Shown here: positions 1-8,214 of the stretch, one piece after another | Position numbering within the stretch: the first letter of the stretch is position 1 | Layout: each line of letters begins with the position of its first letter | NCBI GenBank assembly: GCA_965202625.1 | Contig: CBDBBI010000010.1 | Location: 1,696,001 to 1,760,000 of the forward strand | DNA from: a bacterium | GTDB taxonomy: Bacteria > UBA8248 | DNA length: 64,000 nucleotides | Direction of reading: 5' to 3' | Position numbers and translations under genes: made by a program | The notes under the pieces: generated by a model | What the model saw: the letters and a program-made list of their open reading frames with translations, nothing else | Database searches by the model: none | What the model was told of the DNA's origin: nothing

Positions 1-319
1 CATATTTTTTCATTGTTTCCTGATATTTTTGCTTCAAGAGTTCCGCCCTTTCACCGGGTATCAGCTTCGGGCCGTATGGCCATTGCTGCGGTTGCCATTT
101 CAAAAAGTCGTTCACCCGCATCCAGGATATTTCATCGCTTAGATCAAAGGAAAAGGGACCATGCTTGTAAAGGATAAAATCGAACCCAAGGGGGAGGCTT
201 GGTAATTCCTGCAAAAAATAAGTTCCTTTCTGGAGATGCGTTTCCCCACACCAACTACCACCATCCCTTAGATTCTCAGCCAAAGACAACAACACAGCAG
301 CTCTTTCCAATCGCTCCAT
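1..319 (-). CDS. YwgA-like/SocA(Panacea)-like protein, partial (runs off the window edge), partner of the HD hydrolase
   Basis: Not in the ORF track. ATG at 319 lies 2 nt after the HD gene stop. Manual translation MERLERAAVLLSLAENLRDGGSWCGETHLQKGTYFLQEL...LGFDFILYKHGPFSFDLSDEI is open to the edge; LQKxxYF and F..Y.HGPFS..L resemble YwgA/SocA-type motifs. Confidence 0.65.
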   Translation of the reverse strand, partial: MERLERAAVLLSLAENLRDGGSWCGETHLQKGTYFLQELPSLPLGFDFILYKHGPFSFDLSDEISWMRVNDFLKWQPQQWPYGPKLIPGERAELLKQKYQETMKKY

Positions 320-321
320 GT

Positions 322-1638
322 CTATTCATCGCCTCCCTCAGGAGAAAGGATGCGCACTCTATTTTCCCCCAGCCAATCATCTGCTTTCTTTTTGATTTCA
401 GGAGCAACAAAAACGCGATCACAAGATGCCACCGGAACCCTCGAAAATGTTTCTTTCTCCCCTAACGCTTGCGCGATTCTTCCTCCCTTTATGAAAACTG
501 GAAAATTCTTTATGCTCCTTTTTTGAGCATCATGGACATGCCTCACATTTCCCTCGCCAAATTCCCCAGAGGCTGCTTCATACATTCTCTTGCCCGGATC
601 AAGAAAATGTCGCTTGTCCTCGGCGGTAGGTCTATAGACGCTTTTGAAATGTCGCCGATGAACGATGCGGTCAGCGTGCACATAGGCGGGATGAGATATC
701 TCTTTGGCGATAGATAACATGGCGGATCCTACCTGATTATCCGTCCATTTCAAATGTTCTTCACTAACTGTTGAAAACGTCTGTTCAGGCAGCCAGGATT
801 TCAAAAAATCTAATAAATGTTGATCATAAATGCAGCGGACGGGATGAAAATATACTTGTGAAAACATAAAATACCGCGCAAGCAGCAATGCCTCTGCGGA
901 TTCTAAACCCCCTTCCTCCACACCTAAAACCGGTTCTTGAGAACCATCTTTTTCTTCTTTTGGCAATATCCTCATCGTATCAATCAAGCGGTAATGATCA
1001 AATTTCCCGTATGCAACGCCCGCGTGATGTGAATCGCGCAATAAATAATCCATTCTATCGGCGCCAAACACGTCCCCTGTGATAATTTCCGATAAAATAC
1101 TTTCCCACTCGCGCAGCTCAACACCCATGTAGTCTTTCGATTTCTTCGCTCCAATCGCCAGTTTCGCAACATCCTCCGGCTTCACGTCAATCTCTTGCCA
1201 AATCTCTTTCATTTGCTCGGTCAAAATTATTTTCATCGTTATGCGTTCATGATCCCAGGCCTCGGGCAATAACTCTTCCGATGCATGAGAAAACGGAAGA
1301 TGTCCGAGATCATGGCACAACGCCGCAAGCCTTAACGTCTTTTTCCATTTCAGGTAAGTATCCTTATCCTCTGGAACTATCTTTCGAACAGATTCCTCAT
1401 AAATATGTTCCGGCTTCGTTACAACGTCATAAATCCTGCTCGCAAGCTCCATCACGCCGAGTGAATGCTCGAACCTCTTGTGGGTTGCACCTGGATATAC
1501 CAGGTAGGTCAAGGCCAGCTGATGAATATGGCGCAATCGCTGAAACGGAGGCGAATCAAGAACCTTTCTCTCATCAGAATCCAGTTTGATGAATACATGG
1601 ATGGGGTCCCGTATTTCATGCGTTATGTTTTTCATCAT
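322..1638 (-). CDS. HD-superfamily phosphohydrolase, SAMHD1/YwfO-like dNTP triphosphohydrolase
   Basis: Motifs IRDPIH, FQRLRHIHQL, YPGATHKRFEHSLG, HDLGH, ADRMDYLLRD, RYFMFSQVYFHP. Confidence 0.9.
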   Translation of the reverse strand: MMKNITHEIRDPIHVFIKLDSDERKVLDSPPFQRLRHIHQLALTYLVYPGATHKRFEHSLGVMELASRIYDVVTKPEHIYEESVRKIVPEDKDTYLKWKKTLRLAALCHDLGHLPFSHASEELLPEAWDHERITMKIILTEQMKEIWQEIDVKPEDVAKLAIGAKKSKDYMGVELREWESILSEIITGDVFGADRMDYLLRDSHHAGVAYGKFDHYRLIDTMRILPKEEKDGSQEPVLGVEEGGLESAEALLLARYFMFSQVYFHPVRCIYDQHLLDFLKSWLPEQTFSTVSEEHLKWTDNQVGSAMLSIAKEISHPAYVHADRIVHRRHFKSVYRPTAEDKRHFLDPGKRMYEAASGEFGEGNVRHVHDAQKRSIKNFPVFIKGGRIAQALGEKETFSRVPVASCDRVFVAPEIKKKADDWLGENRVRILSPEGGDE

Positions 1639-1782
1639 TCCGGAAAAATATCATATTTTTGTTTTTTTATCGCCTGCCAAATCTCAAATTTCTCTTTGGC
1701 CGATCTCTGAAAACAAAGGCGAGCGCAACGAGAAAACGAGCAAAGGCCATTCAGGGAATATGCTGGATGAGAAAGAACCTCC

Positions 1783-2310
1783 TCACTCCAGGGGCGGTAT
1801 CTCGAAGGCGTTCAGGGTAAGAGAGACGGTCGAATAAAAACCCACGAGCGCAGTGAGGTCCACTATGCCTCTCTCCCCGAGACGGGAGAACGCCTCCTGA
1901 TAAACGGCGTCCGATACCTTTTGCGTCTTGAGCAGTTCCATGCAATAGGCGTGAACGCAAAGCTCCAGGGGACTCCCCGCATCAGGCGCCTCATCGGCCA
2001 TCACGGCGGCCACGAGCACAGGCGTCAGACCGCTGGCCAAGGCCTGGGCCTCGTGCGCGGCGTAGGCGTACCGCGCTCCCCAGCGGCGCGTGGTGATGAG
2101 GATGGCGAGCTCCCGAACGTCCTCGGTGAGGACGCTCTCCTCCAAATAAAACCTCATGAGGCTCCGCAAGGCGACGACGAGACCCGGACTGCGCACCCAG
2201 ACCCCAAAAGGCCCGCGCACGCCGCCGCGCTGGTGGGCGATGAGTTCCTCATACGCGCTTCTCTGCTCGACCGGCATGGCTTCGGGCGCAAGCGGAGCGA
2301 GACGGCTCAT
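1783..2310 (-). CDS. Carboxymuconolactone decarboxylase (CMD/AhpD-like) family protein
   Basis: GPFGVWVRSP, RELAILIT..W...Y...AH...A...G, DLTALVGFY..V...LNAF; GGAG RBS upstream. Confidence 0.8.
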   Translation of the reverse strand: MSRLAPLAPEAMPVEQRSAYEELIAHQRGGVRGPFGVWVRSPGLVVALRSLMRFYLEESVLTEDVRELAILITTRRWGARYAYAAHEAQALASGLTPVLVAAVMADEAPDAGSPLELCVHAYCMELLKTQKVSDAVYQEAFSRLGERGIVDLTALVGFYSTVSLTLNAFEIPPLE

Positions 2311-2396
2311 GCTCTGGCTCTCCTCTCGAAGTTGTCATACTGAAAACCTGCTACAATGGCGAAACGCCAAAACCCTTTTCCATAGCGAGGTATCCC

Positions 2397-2822
2397 ATGA
2401 ACTTTGAAGATGCAATGCTGTTTATGAAAAAAAATCACAAGGGGATGATCACCACCTTGAGACCAGACGGCTCGGCGCATTCGAGCATCATCGTGTGCGG
2501 GGCGCATGAGGGTTGCGCGGCGTTCGTCATCGTGCGCGGCTGGTCGGTGAAGCTCAAGAACCTGCGCGCGAACCCCCGGTGCGCGGTGCTCTCCGTCACC
2601 CCCGACTGGCGCACTTGGGTGAGCGTGGAAGGCGCGGCTCGCTTGTTCCTCTACGAGAACACCGAAAAAGAGCATATGCGGCGGATGTTTCGCGAGGTGT
2701 ATCGCGCCTGCGGAGATTCGGATCATCCCGACTGGGAGGAATACGACAAGGCGATGCTGAACCAAGGCGCCGCCGCCGTGCTGGTCAAGCCCGAGCGCGT
2801 CTATGGGCGTCTGCCGACCTGA
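2397..2822 (+). CDS. PPOX-class (pyridoxamine 5'-phosphate oxidase-like, possibly F420-dependent) oxidoreductase
   Basis: TLRPDGS.H.S, KLKNLRANPR, WVSVEG, HPDWEEYDKAM, PERVYG; GAGG RBS. Confidence 0.8.
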   Translation: MNFEDAMLFMKKNHKGMITTLRPDGSAHSSIIVCGAHEGCAAFVIVRGWSVKLKNLRANPRCAVLSVTPDWRTWVSVEGAARLFLYENTEKEHMRRMFREVYRACGDSDHPDWEEYDKAMLNQGAAAVLVKPERVYGRLPT

Positions 2823-3747
2823 GGTTCAGGGATTCCACGAATGCGGCGATTCCCTCATCAAGCGCGTATCTGGGCCGCCAGCCGGTTTTTAGTCGAAACG
2901 CGCGCGCGTCCAGGCCGATACGGAAGACTTCCCCCTCGCGCAGGGGCGCTCTTTCCACCGCGAGGGGCTTTTTGTCCATGTGGCGGCAGAGGAGGTTGAG
3001 CAGCGCCTCCACCTCGGTGATGACGCCGGTGCCAACGTTGTAGGCTCCGCCGTCCCCCTCCCCTTTCGCCGCCAGCATGAACGCCTCGACCACGTCTCTC
3101 ACGTAGATGTAATCGCGCCCTGCACGCCCGTCCCCATACAGGGTAATCGCCTCGTCCTTGACCAGCCTCTCCGCGAAAATCGACAGGACGCCCGCCTCCA
3201 GAGACGCGCGCTGCCCAGGTCCATATACGTTGGCGAGGCGCAGCGAGACGACGGGCACCCTGAAGCACCTGCCGTAGAACATGAGATACCGCTCGCCCAA
3301 AACCTTGCTCATCCCATAGGGAGACTCGGGGGCGATAGGACAACTCTCATCCACAATCGCCTCCTCGGGTTCGCCGTAGCAGGCCCCGCCCGTGCAAGCG
3401 TATATGATTCTCGGCGGAGCCTCAATGCTCCTGGCCGCCTCCAGAACGCTGAGCGTGCCCATGAGGTTCACGCGCGCGTCATGGAGGGGCTGGGCTATGC
3501 TGCGCGTAACGCTCACCTGGGCCGCCAGATGGTAAATGACCTGCGGACGCGCCTCTTTCACCATACGGCTCATGAACTCTGAATCGGTGACGTCCCCCTC
3601 GCAAAAAACGGCTGCCGGACCGAAGCTCTCCGCTTCGCCGGACGCAAGATTATCCACCACCCAGACGGAATCGCCCGCCTCAAGGCAAGCCTCCACCAAG
3701 CAGGCGCCAATGAATCCGGCCCCACCCGTCACCAAAACGTTCGCCAT
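2785..3747 (-). CDS. NAD-dependent epimerase/dehydratase (UDP-glucose 4-epimerase-like)
   Basis: VTGGAGFIG, HLAAQ, SPYGMSK, NVYGPGQ, RDYIYV.DV; start placed at ATG 3747 after GGAG. Confidence 0.9.
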   Translation of the reverse strand: MANVLVTGGAGFIGACLVEACLEAGDSVWVVDNLASGEAESFGPAAVFCEGDVTDSEFMSRMVKEARPQVIYHLAAQVSVTRSIAQPLHDARVNLMGTLSVLEAARSIEAPPRIIYACTGGACYGEPEEAIVDESCPIAPESPYGMSKVLGERYLMFYGRCFRVPVVSLRLANVYGPGQRASLEAGVLSIFAERLVKDEAITLYGDGRAGRDYIYVRDVVEAFMLAAKGEGDGGAYNVGTGVITEVEALLNLLCRHMDKKPLAVERAPLREGEVFRIGLDARAFRLKTGWRPRYALDEGIAAFVESLNLRSADAHRRARA

Positions 3748-4142
3748 CAAGAATTCTCCATTCGCGTTACAAGGAACTTACCTAACGTCAAACTCCCCCT
3801 TCGCCTGCAAGGCGCAAAGCGTTAATGCGCATGGCGAATATGCCCGCTCATATCGAACCGCCGCCCACGTCCAGAAGGCGAAACCGCGCTACCCCCGAAC
3901 CGGGACGCGCACATCCATGCGAAACACGCCATGCAAAATGGCAAATAAAAGATGAGCATGCCCTATAATGGCGCGGATTCCAACCAAAAACCAGTCCACG
4001 CGCCTGTTCTACGAGGCTTTCAAGACGCAAGCGTTCGCGCGACCTCGCCAGTCATTTTTGATTTTACCCGAAGAGACCACTTCTGATAGCATATAGAGTC
4101 GTTCTCGGCGAAAAAGGCAGGTGCGAACCGGAGGAAACTCGA

Positions 4143-5135
4143 TTGGCCAAATACCTCGTCACCGGAGCGGCGGGCTTCATCGCGTCGAGAGTATGCGAGT
4201 TTCTGAGCGAGGCAGGCCACGCCGTCGTCGGTCTGGACAACATGAACGACGCCTACGACGTCCGGTTGAAGGACTATCGGCTCGCGCGTCTCAAAGAACT
4301 GCCCGGCTTCGTTTTTCAGAAGATGGACGTCACCCGGCTTGACCTCCTCCGCGAGTTGTTCTCGGAGAGCACCTCCGCAGGAACGCCGCCTTTCTCCGCC
4401 GTCTTGAACCTCGCCGCGCGGGCGGGCGTGCGACAGTCCATCGCGTCTCCCTGGGCGTATTTCGAGACCAACCTCACCGGCACGCTGAACCTGCTCGAGC
4501 TCTGCAAGGATTTCGGCGTCATGAAGTTCGTGCTCTCCTCCACCTCGAGCGCCTACGGGGCGGAGGCGCCCATGCCGTTTCAGGAGGACGCCCCGACCGA
4601 CAAGCCCCTCTCGCCCTACGCGGCCTCCAAGAAAGCGGCCGAGGCGCTCTGCTACACCTATCACCATCTGTTCGAAATCGACGTGACGGTGCTGCGCTAT
4701 TTCACCGTCTATGGTCCGGCAGGCCGACCCGACATGAGCCTGTTCCGCTTCACGCAATGGATAGCCGAGGGAAAACCCGTTCTCATCTATGGAGACGGCA
4801 CTCAGGAGCGCGATTTCACGTACGTGGACGACATCGCGCGGGGCACGATTGCGGCCTTAAAACCGGTGTCCTATGAGGTCGTCAACCTAGGATCAGATGC
4901 ACCCGTCGCCCTGAACGACGCGCTTCACGGCCTCGAGGGGCTGATCGAGAAGAAGTCCCGGGTCCGCCACGAGGAGATGAACCCCGCCGACGTGAAAGCG
5001 ACGTGGGCGAACATCGACAAGGCGGAGAGGCTCTTGGGCTGGCGGCCCGAGGTGAGGCTTTCAGACGGCCTCGCGCGTCTGGTGGAATGGTACATGGCCA
5101 ACCGAGAATGGGCGAAACACCTCGACACGGGCTAG
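4143..5135 (+). CDS. UDP-glucuronate 4-epimerase-like SDR
   Basis: VTGAAGFIA, DNMNDAYDVRLK, NLAARAGVR, SPYAASKK, RYFTVYGPAGRPDM; GGAGG RBS before TTG. Confidence 0.9.
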   Translation: MAKYLVTGAAGFIASRVCEFLSEAGHAVVGLDNMNDAYDVRLKDYRLARLKELPGFVFQKMDVTRLDLLRELFSESTSAGTPPFSAVLNLAARAGVRQSIASPWAYFETNLTGTLNLLELCKDFGVMKFVLSSTSSAYGAEAPMPFQEDAPTDKPLSPYAASKKAAEALCYTYHHLFEIDVTVLRYFTVYGPAGRPDMSLFRFTQWIAEGKPVLIYGDGTQERDFTYVDDIARGTIAALKPVSYEVVNLGSDAPVALNDALHGLEGLIEKKSRVRHEEMNPADVKATWANIDKAERLLGWRPEVRLSDGLARLVEWYMANREWAKHLDTG

Positions 5136-5144
5136 CGCCCGTCT

Positions 5145-5282
5145 GTGGCCGCGCCGCCATCACGCTCGACAACCTGCTTTGAACGACCTTTTCAACGCTC
5201 TTTCACGGCCGTTTTACGAACCGTTTACGCCCCGAAAAACGGTATTTTTCCAGGCTGTTCGCAATTATTTTTGTCTGGCTAC
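5145..5282 (-). repeat. Dispersed intergenic repeat, copy A (internally shortened by ~30 bp)
   Basis: Reverse complement aligns with 15663-15832 and 18997-19165 and carries the identical 20-mer CGAGCGTGATGGCGGCGCGG. Confidence 0.9.
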
Positions 5283-5435
5283 ATGCTCCTCCAACGGCAA
5301 ACGAGCCAGGCGCACACCCAAAGAAGGGACACAGACCCCAGGGGGGATACGTCGGAAACGGAGCAGTAAATTGCAGAACGGGCAAGTCTTTTGTAGGTTT
5401 GAAAGAAACCTGAAGATTCACGGGGAGGAGAGGCG

Positions 5436-6611
5436 ATGATGCAGAAACCGCACAGGATACTCGTGGTCGACGACGAACCCGATCTCGAACACCTCGTGCT
5501 GCAACGGATGCGGCGCGAGATTCGCAACAACCAATACTCTTTCGTTTTCGCCCGCAACGGGGTCGAGGCGCTCGAGTGCCTGAACGATGAGGAAGAAACA
5601 ATCGACATGGTACTCACCGACATCAACATGCCGCAGATGGACGGCCTCACCCTGCTCAAGCAAATCCCCACGGTCGACCCTAACGTTCGCTGCGTGATCG
5701 TCTCGGCGTATGGCGACATGAAGAACATTCGCACAGCGATGAACAGGGGCGCCTTCGATTTCATCACCAAGCCGATCGACTTCGAGGATATGCGGCTCAC
5801 CATCGATCGGACCTTGAGCCACCTCGCCATGCTGCGCGAAGCTCTGGAGTCGCGCGACAAACTGGTCGAGTTGAAAAGCGACCTCGCTCTGGCGAGCAGT
5901 ATGCAGCAGTCGATCCTGCCCACCAAATTCCCAGAAAGCCCTGACTTCCAGGTGTTCGGAGGCATGGAGCCCGCCCACGACGTGGGCGGCGACTTCTTCG
6001 ACGTGATCGAGCTCTCCGACGGCCGCATCGGCGTGGCGGTCGCCGACGTCTCGGGCAAGGGAGTGCCCGCCGCCCTTTTCATGATGATCAGCCGCACGCT
6101 ACTCAACAGCATCTCCATCGCCTATTCCAATCCAGGCGAGACGCTGAGCGAGGTCAACCGCCTGCTCCAGAATAACAACGAAGCCTTAATGTTCGTCACC
6201 GTCTTTTTCGCGATTTTCGACCCGGCGAGCGGGGAGCTCGTCTACGCCAACAGCGGGCACAATCCCCCGCTCATCGTTCACGCCGACGGCTCCTTGACTC
6301 TCCTCCCCAAAACCCAGGGGATCGCCCTCGGGGTGGCGCCCGATTGCACATACGAGAAAAACACGACGAGCCTCGCCCCCGGCGACGCGATCATCCTCTA
6401 CACCGACGGCGTGACGGAGGCGGAGAACGGCGAGGGCGAACAGTTTGGGGTTGTGAGGCTGTGCGAGGTTTTCGCCGCCGCGACGCCGCGCGACGCCCGG
6501 AAGACCAACGAGACGGTCTTTCAGGCGGTAAAGAATTTCGCGGGCGACGCCCCCCAGTTTGACGACATCACCTGCTTGACGCTTTACCGCCGCCCTGGAG
6601 CGGACGGGTGA
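5436..6611 (+). CDS. Response regulator receiver + PP2C/SpoIIE phosphatase (RsbU/RsbP-like)
   Basis: REC motifs ILVVDDE, LTDINMP.MDG, FITKP; PP2C motifs VGGDFFD, ADVSGKG, LYTDGVTE, DDIT. Confidence 0.92.
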   Translation: MMQKPHRILVVDDEPDLEHLVLQRMRREIRNNQYSFVFARNGVEALECLNDEEETIDMVLTDINMPQMDGLTLLKQIPTVDPNVRCVIVSAYGDMKNIRTAMNRGAFDFITKPIDFEDMRLTIDRTLSHLAMLREALESRDKLVELKSDLALASSMQQSILPTKFPESPDFQVFGGMEPAHDVGGDFFDVIELSDGRIGVAVADVSGKGVPAALFMMISRTLLNSISIAYSNPGETLSEVNRLLQNNNEALMFVTVFFAIFDPASGELVYANSGHNPPLIVHADGSLTLLPKTQGIALGVAPDCTYEKNTTSLAPGDAIILYTDGVTEAENGEGEQFGVVRLCEVFAAATPRDARKTNETVFQAVKNFAGDAPQFDDITCLTLYRRPGADG

Positions 6612-7030
6612 GCGCGAAACTCTCCTTGCGCATGGAATTGGACGTCAGCGAGCTCGCGCGCGTCGACGCCGCCGTCTCTGAATTCGCGCGTGCGGAAAAC
6701 TGGTCCCCCGACCTGGAGTTCCAGACCAAGCTCGTGATCGAGGAGTTGGGCGTCAACATCGTAAATTACGGACACGATGACGAGGAGGGCCATGCGATTG
6801 AAATTGAGATTGTCTCGAACCCGGAATCTCTCACCATCGAGATCATCGACGACGGTCGGCCGTTCGACCCCCTCACCGAGGCGCCTCCGCCGGATACCCG
6901 GTCACCCCTTGAGGATCGCCCCTTGGGCGGACTCGGCATTCATCTGGTCCGGTCGATGGTGGACGAGATATCCTATCGACGCGAGGGGAGCAGAAACCGC
7001 TTGACCCTGGTCAAACGGAGGCGAGGATGA
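6608..7030 (+). CDS. Anti-sigma factor / Ser kinase (RsbW-like HATPase_c_2)
   Basis: EELGVNIVNYG, IIDDGRPFDP, GGLGIHLVR; GTGA overlap with the upstream stop. Confidence 0.9.
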   Translation: MSAKLSLRMELDVSELARVDAAVSEFARAENWSPDLEFQTKLVIEELGVNIVNYGHDDEEGHAIEIEIVSNPESLTIEIIDDGRPFDPLTEAPPPDTRSPLEDRPLGGLGIHLVRSMVDEISYRREGSRNRLTLVKRRRG

Positions 7031-8214
7031 GGCGTCTGCGCCGAACCCTCCCCACGCTCTTTCTCCTCGCCAGCGCGACGCTGTGCGCGGTCTTGGAGGC
7101 GGGCGGAGCCGAGCCCGGAATTTCCGCGCGGCGCGTTCTCTTCGGCCAGTCCGCCGCTCTCACGGGACCCGCCAGGGCACTGGGAGAGAACATGCGCCTC
7201 GGCATCCAGGCCGCCTTCGGCGCGGCGAATCAGCGCGGCGGCGTTCACGGGCGCCGGCTCGACCTCCTCTCTCTCGACGACGCGTATGAGCCCGAAGCCG
7301 CCATCGCCAACACGCGGCAGTTGATCGACGAGGAGAAGGTCTTCGCCCTCATCGGCGCGGTCGGCACGCCCACGTCGCGCTCCGCCACTCCGGTCGCCGC
7401 AGCGGCGGGCGTTCCCTATATCGCGCCCTTCACCGGCGCCGCTTTTCTGCGCGATCCGAAGTGGCGAAACGTGATCAACCTGCGCGCCTCCTACTTCCAG
7501 GAAACCGAGGAAATGGTGGAGCACCTGATTCGCGATCTGGGGATCAACCGCATCGCCGTGCTCTACCAGGACGACTCCTTCGGTCTGGCGGGCTACCGCG
7601 GCGTCCGCCGCGCCCTGAAACGGCGCAACCTGCAGCCGGTCGCCATCGGCGTGTATCCCCGAAACACGACGGTGGTCAAGGCGGCTCTGCTCGACCTGCG
7701 ACGGGCAAAACCCGGAGCGGTGATCCTCATCGGCGCCTACAAGCCGGTCGCGACGCTGATCGCCTGGGCGCGGCACGCAGCGTTCAAGCCGGTTTTCGTC
7801 ACGGTCTCCTTCGTGGGCAGCAACGCGCTGATACGCGAGCTCGGCCCGGCCGGTCCCGGAGTGTTCGTCACCCAGGTGGTTCCCTTTCCGTCAGCGGCCG
7901 CGCCTCCCATCGCGGCGGCCTACCGCCGGGACCTCGCCGCGCACGCCCCCGACGCCCTTCCCGGTTTCGTCTCTTTCGAGGGCTACCTGGCCGGCCGCCT
8001 GGCCATACTCGCTCTCGAGCTCTGCGGCCGGAAAATCGACCGCTCCTGCTTCATCAACAGCCTCCGCAGCAAGGCCGTCATCGACCTCGACGGGTTTCAG
8101 CTCCGCTACGGCGAGAAAGACAACCAGGGCTCGGACGCCGTGTTTCTCACCGTCATCGGAGAGGACGGCCGCTACCACCCCACCCGAACGATGCGGCGGC
8201 CGACGCGGCCATGA
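7027..8214 (+). CDS. Periplasmic ligand-binding protein (branched-chain amino acid/PBP1 fold)
   Basis: Signal peptide; GQSAALTGP, DDAYEP, GAVGTPT, RASY..E, SFEGYLAG; translationally coupled on both sides. Confidence 0.88.
   Translation: MRRLRRTLPTLFLLASATLCAVLEAGGAEPGISARRVLFGQSAALTGPARALGENMRLGIQAAFGAANQRGGVHGRRLDLLSLDDAYEPEAAIANTRQLIDEEKVFALIGAVGTPTSRSATPVAAAAGVPYIAPFTGAAFLRDPKWRNVINLRASYFQETEEMVEHLIRDLGINRIAVLYQDDSFGLAGYRGVRRALKRRNLQPVAIGVYPRNTTVVKAALLDLRRAKPGAVILIGAYKPVATLIAWARHAAFKPVFVTVSFVGSNALIRELGPAGPGVFVTQVVPFPSAAAPPIAAAYRRDLAAHAPDALPGFVSFEGYLAGRLAILALELCGRKIDRSCFINSLRSKAVIDLDGFQLRYGEKDNQGSDAVFLTVIGEDGRYHPTRTMRRPTRP

Noticed and set aside
5179-5439. Small ORFs in the dispersed repeat (also 18914-19132) as a peptide family
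   Set aside because: The similarity follows from the DNA repeat; copy B lacks the start and indels break the frame.
7461-8210. 993-aa version of the histidine kinase
   Set aside because: The extension overlaps the binding-protein gene and is Arg/Pro-rich noise; ATG 8211 gives a standard ATGA coupling.
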